Shown: one piece after another, positions 1 through 10,639 of the stretch
How the letters are laid out: each line of letters begins with the position of its first letter
How positions within the stretch are numbered: the first letter of the stretch is position 1
Program-made: the position numbers and the translations under genes
Assembly (NCBI GenBank): GCA_008632985.1
Contig: QPGO01000203.1
Span: 107,366 to 127,365, forward strand
Source of the DNA: Psammoneis japonica
Lineage: Eukaryota
Reading direction: 5' to 3'
DNA: 20,000 bases
The notes under the pieces: model-generated
The model's database searches: none
What the model saw: only the letters and a program-made list of their open reading frames with translations
Told to the model about the DNA's origin: nothing

Positions 1-113
1 TCAAATCACTACACAAATGAGTCACATCGATACGAAAATCTGACTTCATCGGGTCCATCTGCGGCACAGCTATTTCCATCTGGCTTTCTCGTGGCGCCCA
101 CATTGTCCACCAC

Positions 114-946
114 TCATCCACCATCCAGCAGTGTGACATTGTTTTCTAGTTGTTTGATTTGTGCTGCATCTAGACTTGAGTTACAGCGCAATCTCGTTTT
201 GAATCGACACAGCAATCCAACACAGTCGTTTCCGTCATTCAGGTAAAGCGTGCTGCGTCTTGTTGGGTAGAAATGTAGTTGCATCAAAATGTGGCTCAAA
301 TCGATCGTCCTTGTCCGCATCATATTTGAGTACCCGTAACTTTGGATTCAGACCACAAGGCTTCTTTCCAAATCGTTTCGTCAGAACAGCATCCAGATGC
401 TCTAGATTCTTGAGTTCATGCCACAGCAAATTGAGCATGGATGGGTTATGGGTTGTGAAAGACTGCCAATTGATGGGGATTCGGATTCTGAATCTTTACA
501 GTATACTTGTACCCATCCATGGCTGTATGAGTAGCCTCCGTCACGTACTGAAAACCGGCTTTCGATGCCAACTTTAGTAGTTCTCTACACGTTTGCGCTG
601 ACACAAAACTGCTCACAGAAAACGCAATAGAATCACTAGGGTTCTTCAAATATCTCGAACATCTTGCTGGAACCTGTATACTATCCCAACCGCGTGCCCT
701 TTCTTCTTCTTCTTCGTTTTCTTCTTCGTTTTGATCATGAGTAGAAGTCAGCGGACACGTTAAATTCAGCAGCTTCATCAAGGCGTCATGGGTGTTCACC
801 GACGTGGCACTGCTGATTGTACTTGACGATTCCTCGCCAGTCGACGATGACCTATCCTTTAAATTCTCTCTATCTCCATTGACAACTCTTATATTTTCAA
901 CCACGACGCAATCTCTTCTTGCGCTTTCGAGATGTTTTTCCACCAT
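114..946 (-). pseudogene. Disrupted prolyl 4-hydroxylase-like 2OG-Fe(II) oxygenase
   Basis: ORF 446..946 joins ORF 235..438 in frame if one copy of the 7-bp tandem duplication ATGGGTT (441-447/448-454) is removed. The product has GLNPKLRVLKY...FEPHFDATT (HxD). The following LYLNDG motif is in another frame, and the distal His and RxD motifs are not visible, implying a further frameshift or deletion. The 3' end is uncertain. Confidence 0.7.
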
Positions 947-1394
947 GGTTGATCTCCAGAAATCGTCGGGAAAAAATGAGTGGAAGCGCAGAAAGAGCGA
1001 GCGAGCGAAAGGGTGGACGGACCGTGAAGCACGCGAACCTAATATGAATGGTACACTCTACATACAATACTAAGCACCCCCGAACCCCCGCGAATAACTT
1101 GGTCCTCTTCTTCCCGTCCACTCTAGACTTCTCAGCAGCTCTAGAGACCTAGACCCTACTTCTAGACATACAAACTTTGCGGACATCTTTAGCAGCTACA
1201 ATACTACAGCTGGAATAAGGCTAAACAACATTTACACAGCCACCCTTCTGCCTAGATTCTTGGATAATGTCTAGAGGCCTGCTGCGTCGCTCGAGAAGAC
1301 AGTGCTGTCGGGGAAAGAAAGGCACGTCGGGTCGCAGAACTAGACCCCGGTTCTGGTTATAGAGAAACCTCCTATCGCGTCTTGGATGCCATCC

Positions 1395-2091
1395 TTACCA
1401 TCCAAACTTCCACCATGCCTTTTTAGGACCTGTCTTCTCCGCCGTGACTGGTATCTCCCTTGACTTTGCTTGTTCGTTTCGAGCTTTGCGTTTTTCAAAC
1501 TCATCCCGAACCTTCTGTCTGTATTCCACAAAGTCAGCTTTTCTCTTTGCTGCTTCTTCCGACATGTTTCCTCTTGCCGCTTCTAATCTCTTTTGCAGGA
1601 TTTCTAGCTTCTCTTTTCCCAGCTTCTCTGCAGCTTTGTCTCGTTCGCTAAGGTGCCAATCTTCCATGCAAAACATGAGTTCCAATTTTGTATCCAAACA
1701 GTCACGAAGTAAATTAGGATTGTGTTGTTCCTGAAAGAAGATGTCAGAAATACGCATTGAACATTACAAAAGAATGAGTAGACATGAAAACGACCGGAAG
1801 AACAGCGAACGCCGCTCCAAGATAACTTACCATGCCATTGAGGAAACATGTGTAGTACGCTCTCGCGGCGTATTCACATGATTCAGGCGAAGATGTCTTT
1901 ATATGTTTAGCAGCGCTTAGTTTCATTTCTCGAATCTTTTCTTCCGACGGCCATTCTGACATTCCAAGAGGAATCGAGCCAGGAGGTTTATCCGGTATCT
2001 TGTCTGGATCCAGCACGGGCCTTTCATTCTTGTCAAACTGAGCCGTTTCCCAAAAATTTTTGGGTTTAGCTGTTGACTCCTCTTTAGCCAT
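1395..2091 (-). CDS. Twin CX9C (CHCH-like) protein, probably mitochondrial intermembrane space; 2 exons (2091-1831, 1730-1395), 198 aa
   Basis: A phase-0 intron 1830-1731 (GTAAGT...CTGAC...TTTCAG) joins ORFs 1744..2091 and 1395..1757. The product has C-EYAARAYYT-C and C-LDTKLELMF-C, a charged helical tail and ends WWKFGW. Confidence 0.75.
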
Positions 2092-2261
2092 CCTGCTGCG
2101 AACCAGCCAATCTCAGCGTCGTTGACAACGGCGATGACATTGTGAACGCGAGAAACGCGAAGGAAAAAGAAAATTGACAATTTGCCTCCGAGCCCATAAC
2201 CTACTCACGTCATCCCTTTGTGGGCGCGGTAGGTGAAGCGCAGACGCTTCCTCTCTACTTA

Positions 2262-2583
2262 CTACAAATTGCAAAACAATTGCGCGATACACGTGCCCGA
2301 AGGTCGAATATCGTTGCCCGAAGCAACATTCCTCCTTCGCGCAGATGTCTATTCTACATAGTTAGTATATGGTATTGAAAATCTCATTGTAGTCGCATGA
2401 GTCGTTGAAGTAATTTCATCAATGACCTCTGTGGTACTGTGCTACGTGATCTACACAAATCGGACATTCTCGAATGCTGGTATATTTTCTACGGTCTCTA
2501 CGTGCGCGAAGCTCGAATTTCGTGCCCGAAGCAACAATCACCCTTCGGGCACGTGTATCGCGCAATTGTTCAGCAATTCGTAG
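2262..2583. mobile_element. MITE (non-autonomous Tc1/mariner-type), 322 bp
   Basis: 42-bp terminal inverted repeats at 2262-2303 and 2542-2583 (CTACAAATTGCAAAACAATTGCGCGATACACGTGCCCGAAGG, 3 mismatches), flanked by TA at 2260-2261 and 2584-2585. Internal repeats of TGCCCGAAG; no coding capacity. Confidence 0.85.
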
Positions 2584-2604
2584 TAGCTAAAATCGCTCTC
2601 CATC

Positions 2605-2712
2605 ATCTTACTCTACTCTACTCTAGCTAGAGTAGCTAGTAGTAGAGCTAGCTAGCTAGAGAGTAGTGAGAGTAGCTGGGGCCCCACTCTAGTTAGTAGA
2701 GGCTATAGAGAA
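2605..2712. repeat. Low-complexity CTAG/TAG/CTAC-rich tract
   Basis: CTCTACTCTACTCTAGCTAGAGTAGCTAGTAGTAGAGCTAGCTAGCTAGAGAGTAG...; similar tracts lie at ~1121-1170 and ~11908-11940. Confidence 0.7.
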
Positions 2713-3717
2713 AGAGCTCTCCCTGTGTGCGGCATGTAGAGAGTAGAAGGCCACCGACAGTGGCCCTGGCAGCCCCAACTGCTCTAGCTCTGCTAGCCAG
2801 AGGCAATTGTTTCCTAAACTCGGGCTTGAGTGACTGAAGACGCGTCGCCAGAATGCCAAGGTCAGGACCTTGCCTCCTGCCTCGGTGCCCCCACTTCCAG
2901 CATGGCCAATGAGAGCGCAAGCTCAACTCCAGTGATGAATCATCTACAATGAAACAGACGCTGCTCGTGTGCTGTAGAATCGGACACCCTGTCCAAGTGA
3001 CGTATTATACATAGACTAGACAGACGAAAATTCAAGTAGCATCCCATGGTGTGCCCCCCAAAGAGAAAACTCTCCAATCCGCATTCCCCACACTATTGGG
3101 AAGAAGCAGTTGCATCTCAATGCCCTGACAGATCCTAATCGCAGACAACAAGTCGATTATTCGATGATGCATTGGGGCTTTCACGTAGACCCCGGCGTTT
3201 TTGCCATTGCGGTAGCAAGTCTTCATAATGAGTAGCTCTACTAGACGGGAGCGTACTCTATGTAGGACCCAGTGGCAGCATTCGAGTCGTGATGAGCCAT
3301 GCCTACATCTTGCTGTGAACACTTTGATTTGGCGGACAGTTTCAAGTCACCCGCGTCCAGTCACAAGCATAACGTGCAATAAGCTGAGTAGTAGATTGCC
3401 AACAAGTCGAGCCGTGGATGCCGGTGCATCAGTCGCTGCTGCAAGGATGGTCGGAACTAACGAGAACCAAGCCAACGAAGACATCTCTGGGGAGGTGTCG
3501 GGAAGTAGCTGGCGCAACCCATTCTGCAGAGAATAAGTGTTTCGGACAAGGAACACTTCTATATTGAGGCGCAAGTCTGACCAAAATTTTAATAATACCA
3601 ATCTTTCATCGCAGTCCTCTCTAGTAGAGAATAACTGGCACTAGAAGAAGATCCGAACCTTGTGGATTTAGTGGAAATGGAACTGCGTGATTGAATCGTT
3701 CTTTCGTGAAAGCAATC

Positions 3718-4620
3718 TTACCCCTTGCTACTCAAAATCAAGTCCTTCAACACCTCTTCAACAATATTTGAATCACTCTGTGATATCCGAAAGCCAGAAG
3801 ATGTCAAGCTTTCCGGACGCTGAGCGAGTGCCTTGCGACAGATTTCGGACACCACACGAGACCAACATGGTGAACGCTCGTCTTCGCCATTACTACTGCC
3901 GAAGGACGACGCATCTTGGCAAACATCCACGGGAATCTTGAAAATATAAACGACAACATGACTTGTAGGTTTTGACTCGGAATCATCATCCATGTGACTT
4001 ATTGGTGCATGCAACCATCCCACTGCCTTCCCACCATTGCTGGGGATTAAACGTGCTTCACCACTAGTCCAATTTACAACGCTTCGAGTGCTTTCTTCGT
4101 TTCTCGAACCAACGACACCTTCCCCTATCGATAGTATCTTCGATCCCTTCCAAGATTTGTTTCAGAAATGTACAATAGTGCACCAAAAACGTTACATTAG
4201 CCCCGGCAGAACGGGAGTAGGTATTTGCGGCATCACACACAGAGAACCGTGCAGGTGACATAAACTTACTTCGCTAAGCGTCCGGATAAAGACAATCCGA
4301 TGACTGCTACCAAATTCAATCAAAGGCTCCGCATCGACCGGCATGGTAAGTCTCCACAAGGATACTTGCTGCTCCCTCGCCACCAACGTTCTATCTTGTG
4401 TTCGTCGGACGGGTGTTTCCATCAACTTTTGTCGTTTGTGTTTTGCAACAGCATCTCGGATAGTGGCAGGCAGTCGGACGCTACCATTACCGACAAAACA
4501 TTCATCACAATCACAATCTCGATAGCTACTTCCACCAACGGCAAACGTCATGGAACGGAGAAAAGGATCTTCTTCCACATCTTTCTCCAAAGACAAGTCG
4601 TTCGTGTCGTCTTTATTCAT
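3718..4620 (-). CDS. Hypothetical protein, 2 exons (4620-4270, 4146-3718), ~259 aa; 5' end uncertain
   Basis: A phase-0 intron 4269-4147 (GAA|GTAAGT...GGAAG|GGA) links ORF 4192..4680 to the frame of ORF 3718..4023 (RTLSE|GSKILSIGEG...). It contains a DCDCDEC motif; no family recognised. An upstream exon via intron 4713-4632 is possible. Confidence 0.6.
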
Positions 4621-5020
4621 TCTCTCTATTTCTGGAGGCGCAGAATTATGTATGTGCAGTTTGCAAGTTGCAGCCGACAAACCGAGCCCTTTGATGCTTT
4701 ATCTCGCAGTTACCGACAAGGAAGCGATACACTCTCCAGCAACAGCACCGTTGTACAGCATCAAACCGAGGACAGCAGTTAGTAGTTAGTACAAGTGCCG
4801 ACCACTGCTGGTTACGCTGTGCAACCAAACCTCTTGCGTCATGGTCGGTGATGGTCGGTGGTCGGTGTTCGGTGCAGTCGCGGGAGTCGGGTCGGTCGTC
4901 AACGAGGTACGAGCTCCAAAATATCATAGCGTGCTCAATTTTCTTCCCAGTTTCAGTTGTTGCTGGCTGCGGTATGCCTTTCAATAGTTGACTGCAATAA
5001 CACCCTCTTTTATATCTATC

Positions 5021-5424
5021 ATGTCGAGTGGAAAGATTGTTGTTGAGGTTTCCAAAAAAGCCATTGCAAAGGTTCGATGGGACGTCTTTGGGGAATTACC
5101 AAATCTCAACATACGAACCGGCAACAAAATTTTAAAGCGAACGCACAAAGGTACTTATTATGCTCGGTATTATCCTGATTCGATAGACAGCGCGGCTCGA
5201 AAGGTGAGATTATTTTCGTGAGAGTATTTGATTGGTGTTGGATATTTTCTTAGTCTTGCTAACATTTTTTGTTGTGCCACTTTCTCTTTGCCATTCTGCT
5301 TCAGACCATGCCCGAATATCAATCGGAACAAGCGGAACGGAGACTAGAAAAACTTCAATTGCTTCGACGCAGAGGAAAAGGCCCGCCAAAGAAGGGTTCT
5401 GGAAAGCGCAAGCAGAAAAAGTAG
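5021..5424 (+). CDS. MRPS33: Mitochondrial small-subunit ribosomal protein mS33 (Rsm27/MRPS33 family), 2 exons (5021-5203, 5305-5424), 100 aa
   Basis: Intron 5204-5304 (GTGAGA...GCTAAC...TTCAG). The spliced protein has VFGELP..N.RTGNKILK...G.....YYP and the C-terminal RRRGKGPPKKGSGKR typical of mS33. Confidence 0.9.
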
Positions 5425-5560
5425 GATATCAGAAAATGCAAAAGAGGTATGGCAGAGTTTGCAGTAGAGATTGGAATTGCTTTTCAGAGCTTTACAAAAA
5501 CAATACTTCTAGAAAAGACGATGTTACTTTCATTCGAAACTCGTCCTAAACTCGCTCTGG

Positions 5561-7273
5561 CTATATCTTGTTTGTGGCCTCAAATAATGAGGAGTCGCCT
5601 ACCCTTTGATTTCCATTGTTGTTTATACTCTTTGGTCCAAAATTGCAAAACCCCGGTCCAACCGGGCTGGCTGAAATGTTCCGTGCAAGCATTTGACATC
5701 GGAATTTAGCCACACGGTCCAATACAAGGGTACTGTTGTTGTCGTCCCCCACAATATGGTCACCACTCCATAGTCGTTCAGCTGCAGCCGATGCACGTGG
5801 CCATACGCGGCTGACGAAATTACTAGCATCCACCCGTTCTCCCCACATGCTGGCATGTCCGCCAATCACCAATTGCTTTTGCCGCAATGATGCTGCCGTA
5901 AAGTTTCGAGGCAAACATTGATGAAAATCCAAGTACCGCTTGTCTAAATGATCCAAGTACCAGCAACCCGATATCAGTACTTGGAACGAAGAACTTGTAG
6001 CTCGCTGAATCGTGTCGACATTGTAACCTTTCCAAACGTCCACAATGGCGCCGTTACTATTGGAGAGCAGACCCAGATCGAACACCTCTTGCCACACAAT
6101 TACGCTTTTCTTCTTGGAGGCAACAATCTTCAAGAACTCTTGTTCAAAATATTCGTAGAGTTGTGTTTCGTTCGTCATGTTGTGCTGTTGCATCCAGGAT
6201 TGGATGGTTGGATCATACTCCCAACAATGAAAATCAACTTCATCTCCACCCAAGTGAACAATACTATCCGGAAAGAGCTCTACAATCTCGTCATATAGCC
6301 GAGAAATAAAGCCATAAACCTTGGGTGACGTAGGATTGAGCGGTGTTGATGGTTGTGGACAGCGTGACATGAGTTCTGGATGGGACATGGCAATGGCTTG
6401 TGTATGTCCGGGCATGTCAAACTCTGGAATGACACGAATCCCTCGAAAGTAGGCTTCTTGAACCACTCGGCGAACGTCATTGGGTGTATAGACAAGGCTA
6501 GGACTAAAACTACCCTTGTCGGCCAGCTCTGGAAAATTCGACGAACGAAACGGAAACGATTGGTCGTCCGTCATGTGCCAATGCAACACGTTCATCTTGT
6601 TCATAGCCATGGCGTCCAGGGTAGTGTCCAAGATGAGTTCCAAAGGCAAAAAGTGACGAGCCGCATCAATCATGAGACCACGATGTGGATATTCCGGCTT
6701 GTCCTTGATGGCAAGTGGCGTAAAGGAAATCACAAACACGTCGTCGTGATTGCCATCATTATCACTGTTCCATCCGTACTTTACCAGCTGACCAAACGAT
6801 TCAAATCCACGAAGCATTCCAAAGACAGACTTGGACTCTAGAACTGCATTTCCAACTTGTGGTATTGTCAAAGTATATGATTCATCCATTCCTTGCTTCA
6901 ATTCCACGTTATTCGTCGACACGTAAACGTCAAGTCTTTCGAGAGCTTCCAGGGTTGTTGTTGCATTATTGTCAGGAGCAATGTTGTTGGGAGGGTTTTC
7001 GTTTGCTGATGGTATGCCCATGAACCAAAATCCCATGTATCTTTGCCGCGCCTTTTCAACAAATTCCTTTACTAAATCATTTTCTTCTGGTGCGTGAAAT
7101 TGAATCGTAAAGTGGTTTCGATCCAAGGTACGCAACAGGAAATCATTGCCAAACGTGTATTGCTCGTACCGAGCTGCAGGAAAGATTTGATGGTAGTTAC
7201 AATTATCCGTCTGGGAAATTGCTCTTGTTATGAACAGCAACACGATCCCTACAAGCATCAGGAGAGGAACCAT
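5561..7273 (-). CDS. Beta-N-acetylhexosaminidase, glycoside hydrolase family 20 (HexA/HexB-like), secretory pathway, 570 aa
   Basis: N-terminal signal peptide, then DESYTL, PHRGLMIDAARHF, NKMNVLHWH, IPEFDMPGHT, catalytic HLGGDE, WYLD and GGHASMWGE...WPRASAAAERLWS. Intronless. Confidence 0.95.
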   Translation of the reverse strand: MVPLLMLVGIVLLFITRAISQTDNCNYHQIFPAARYEQYTFGNDFLLRTLDRNHFTIQFHAPEENDLVKEFVEKARQRYMGFWFMGIPSANENPPNNIAPDNNATTTLEALERLDVYVSTNNVELKQGMDESYTLTIPQVGNAVLESKSVFGMLRGFESFGQLVKYGWNSDNDGNHDDVFVISFTPLAIKDKPEYPHRGLMIDAARHFLPLELILDTTLDAMAMNKMNVLHWHMTDDQSFPFRSSNFPELADKGSFSPSLVYTPNDVRRVVQEAYFRGIRVIPEFDMPGHTQAIAMSHPELMSRCPQPSTPLNPTSPKVYGFISRLYDEIVELFPDSIVHLGGDEVDFHCWEYDPTIQSWMQQHNMTNETQLYEYFEQEFLKIVASKKKSVIVWQEVFDLGLLSNSNGAIVDVWKGYNVDTIQRATSSSFQVLISGCWYLDHLDKRYLDFHQCLPRNFTAASLRQKQLVIGGHASMWGERVDASNFVSRVWPRASAAAERLWSGDHIVGDDNNSTLVLDRVAKFRCQMLARNISASPVGPGFCNFGPKSINNNGNQRVGDSSLFEATNKI

Positions 7274-7638
7274 CGTGGACTCTAGCTACTAGTGTTTGAA
7301 TGGATTGTAACAACAAGCGCAGCGAATGCAAAATCTTCGGTGGCGCGCAAAAACCTTGGGGCCCATTCGGGCACTGTGAGAACAGCACACGCCGCCACTG
7401 CTACCGGTATCATCAAGCCCTAAAAAATCATAACCGAATCATCACTCTTGGGCGATGCGATGCATGTTCGGTGTGCGATGCTGCTTTCATCCTCTTGCCA
7501 TCAGAGCAGCAGAGCAAGGCATACATACCGTGATCAGAGGCTGAGTGATGCGACATTACTGAACGCACCTCGAAAACGACAGGTCATCTTTCCGTCCGTC
7601 CCTGTCACGCCCACAACAGCCAGAATCCCCGGTTGGCA

Positions 7639-8889
7639 ATGAAGGCTCGTTATTGGAACCACGGAATAAGCGTCGGAATGTGGTACCATAAGCGACAATA
7701 TAAAGTTGCTGCTGTTGTTGGCCTGTTTTTTCAAGTCTCCTCGGCGCTTCACGTTGGCACCACCGCCCGCAGCGGGTATCGTTTCAAGCGTGTGGTGAAT
7801 GAGAACGAACGCAAGTCGTTGGATTCGTTTTATCGACAGCACTTTAGGAATCAAAAGAGGGTGGCCCCTCCAGCTCCAAAGGCGAGAGATGAAGTATACA
7901 GTCTCATGGATAACGAATGTTCCATCGTGGCGGCCGTCCGACTCTGCCCAGCCAGATCTCAATTTGTATTTCTGCGGTCCCTCTGTGTATCAAGGAACCA
8001 CCGACGTCAAGGTGCAGCACTGCTCTTGATACAAGAAGCTCTACACGACTACAACATGCGGCAAAGGGATGCATACTCTTGCTTTTGTTTTGCTGAGAAC
8101 AGGCTGCGCCCTCTCTATGAAAAAGCTGGCTTTTCCATCATCATGAACAAAGATTGTGTTCCTGAATGGATGTGGAGGTCGTATGAGCTTGTGGCGAAGC
8201 GCATGAAACGCAAGCATCAGGATATGCGGCTTTTTATCAAAGACGCAACAAAACAGCCGACTATCGCCATGCAAGTGGTTCTACTGCAGCATTCCAACGA
8301 AGTGAAACGACCAACTTCGACAGCGCGATTGTTCTTTGCGGCGGCGGAGGGGTACAACGAACGCCGCCAGGATCCACTGCTATCTGAGCATGTTACTGTT
8401 GACAAATGGATATGGTCCGGACGAAACGATACGAAAACAATTGAAAACAATTTGAAACAAATAATTGAACGACAAGGAATGTATCCCGTATTGGTTTGGA
8501 CCGGTGCTGGCAACACGACCTTTCAAAACAGCGACACTAAGACGGCTATTGAGGCTAGTACCCCCCTCTTTATCGTTTTGGATGGTACTTGGCAAGAAGC
8601 TCGGGGGATGTTTCGAAAGTTGTATTGTCTTCAAAAACTGCCCCGCCACACAATCATGTCCCAATCGCCATCCCAGTATCGTTTACGAAAGGATTATTCT
8701 GGTTGGCGATATCGCTTTGACGGCGGTAACCATGGCGAAAACCTGTTGTGCACGGCTGAGGTCATTGCAGCACTACTCAACGACAATGGTAACAAAGTGG
8801 GCGGAACATTGGTTCTAAATCGTCTTGATAAGTTCCAAGACGCCTTCAAAACAAGAGAAGGCGCGAGGTTGGGTTCTTATGAAGACTAA
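7639..8889 (+). CDS. GNAT acetyltransferase fused to a DTW domain (TapT/DTWD2-like tRNA acp3U transferase)
   Basis: GNAT motifs LRSLCVSRNHRRQGAALLLI and LRPLYEKAGF. DTW motifs LLQHSNEVKRPTSTARL, IVLDGTWQEARGMF, SQYRLRK and LCTAEVIA. Start is ATG 7639 or 7678; a hydrophobic leader ends VSSA-L. Confidence 0.85.
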   Translation: MKARYWNHGISVGMWYHKRQYKVAAVVGLFFQVSSALHVGTTARSGYRFKRVVNENERKSLDSFYRQHFRNQKRVAPPAPKARDEVYSLMDNECSIVAAVRLCPARSQFVFLRSLCVSRNHRRQGAALLLIQEALHDYNMRQRDAYSCFCFAENRLRPLYEKAGFSIIMNKDCVPEWMWRSYELVAKRMKRKHQDMRLFIKDATKQPTIAMQVVLLQHSNEVKRPTSTARLFFAAAEGYNERRQDPLLSEHVTVDKWIWSGRNDTKTIENNLKQIIERQGMYPVLVWTGAGNTTFQNSDTKTAIEASTPLFIVLDGTWQEARGMFRKLYCLQKLPRHTIMSQSPSQYRLRKDYSGWRYRFDGGNHGENLLCTAEVIAALLNDNGNKVGGTLVLNRLDKFQDAFKTREGARLGSYED

Positions 8890-9633
8890 GTCAGAAAATG
8901 TTGTTCCGAAAACCTTCGTTCGGAAGTGAAGTATGGTCACGCCTACAATGCTACATACCGGTATTGTAGGACGCCTTGGCGGAAAGGTACTCTCACGTTT
9001 CATACTTCTCAACGGTATGTACAGCGCAGAGTCGAACGTTTTGCTTGCGCCTTTGCTTATGTTCACTTTGGTCCTTGCAGTTTATAATCTGTTCTTTTTT
9101 AGAGAATAACATGCATCGACGCATTTGGAGCCTACAAGGAGCAATACTGAGACCGAAGAGGAAGGGCATTGCGCTAATGAGAAAATGGAGCATGGAGCAA
9201 CTGTTGGTATTATTGCTGGGATGAGGAGCTTCGATAAAACGGCACGCACGTATAGATAGAGTTGTAAGGGCTTGTCGGCCACGAGTCGGCTGCAACGCCA
9301 TGTCTGAATCAGAGAAGAAGAAGACACGACAACAAACTCAGCGGCCGATGCTGATGACGCTGACATGCCGACACTGCTCAACATGGTGACGGCTTCTTGC
9401 ATTCCAAAAACATGCTCTGTAATAGCATTCAATATTCAGTTACATCTCACGTTGACTAGCATAGTACTCTACAAATAAGGCTAGCAAAGTAGATGACAAG
9501 GGAACCGCCGACTATTACAAATTACTCTCCCTCGTGCTCATCGAGGGAGTATTAGTATTCCTAGTTTCAAACAAACACACATAGTCGATTGCAGCTCTAC
9601 CGGTACGAGCTTGATGGACGTCGACATCGCGAC

Positions 9634-10639
9634 TTACGCAAGACGGTCCTTGCGTTCATCGCTATCGCGAAGCCGCTGCTTTAGCTCCGCAATGCGCTTG
9701 TAGATGGAAGCACGATCCTCCAGCTCTGCGTCCTCCTCGCCGGGAGCCATCGTGCGAGCTCGCTTGGAAGTCTTGCGAGGCTTGACAGGGGTGGGAGGCA
9801 CAGGCCTGCCCCAAGCTAGGAGCCCAAGGTAGGTTGCAAGACGCTTGGCGAGCTCCCAATGGGTTTCGTCTTTGCGACGCCAGGTGATGATTCCACGTGG
9901 ACCGAAGCGAGCGACGAACTCAGGGTCGTCAAAAGGGAGCGACTTGAAGACATCGGTGTTCTCCCAACCCCAGTTCTTCAGAATGTAGAAAAGCCTCTCG
10001 ATCGCTTCGACATGGAACTTGTCAAAAACGTCCTTCGGCGAGGCAACTTGAAGCAGAGCAGGGAAATCCGATGGATGAATCCGTTCCAGCAACGACAGCA
10101 GCTCTGCGCCGAGTGGAGCCACCCCCAAAAAGAAGACCTGCTCGTTCCACTCGCGAAGCAAGGCCTTGTGCTTCTCCTCCCACCTTTTCTCTGCCTCCTC
10201 GCCGAGACGAAGAGCTTCCTCGTCGCCCCTCTTCGACTCCTCCAGCCTCGTCTCCACAGACAAAGCGCGTGCCACTTCCTCTCGCGCGGCGGCCCACAAT
10301 GCCTGCTTGTTTTCGAGAGCCAAGGCACATCCCGTCTTAGCCTTGCTCAAACGTTTCCCTTCGGCCTCGCTTTCCCTGCGATGCAACGTCAAAGAGCAAC
10401 GACAAGAGGTGAGTGTCGAAAGCACAGTGCAAAAATTGATCTTAATTACAGCCAAGCACAAAAACTCACGCGATCTTCTTCTCGTACTCTCGTCGCACGG
10501 TCTTGGGGTTTCTCGACGCGTTCTCCAGCACGACGTTCTTCGACCGATCCTCGTGATCAAGCTGGACATGATCGCAGATAGCGAGGAGATAACCCTGCTT
10601 CTTCTCGTCCAAAGCACGAAATGCGGCGCTCAACTTCAT
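9634..10639 (-). CDS. Orphan coiled-coil-rich hypothetical protein, 2 exons (10639-10470, 10375-9634), 303 aa
   Basis: ATG in a CCACCATG context (MKLSAAFRALDEK...). Intron 10469-10376 (GC|GTGAGT...CTCAC...CGCAG|G) joins ORF 10466..10672 in frame to ORF 9634..10617 (...EKKIA-ESEAEGKR...). Splice sites are kept in the second copy. Confidence 0.7.

Noticed and set aside
2693..3601. Short ORFs on both strands
   Set aside because: No recognisable motifs or consistent splice model; may be a decayed gene, but this cannot be supported.
9082..9432. 116-aa minus-strand ORF
   Set aside because: Low-information sequence, and the frame is broken by a 1-bp indel in the duplicate copy.
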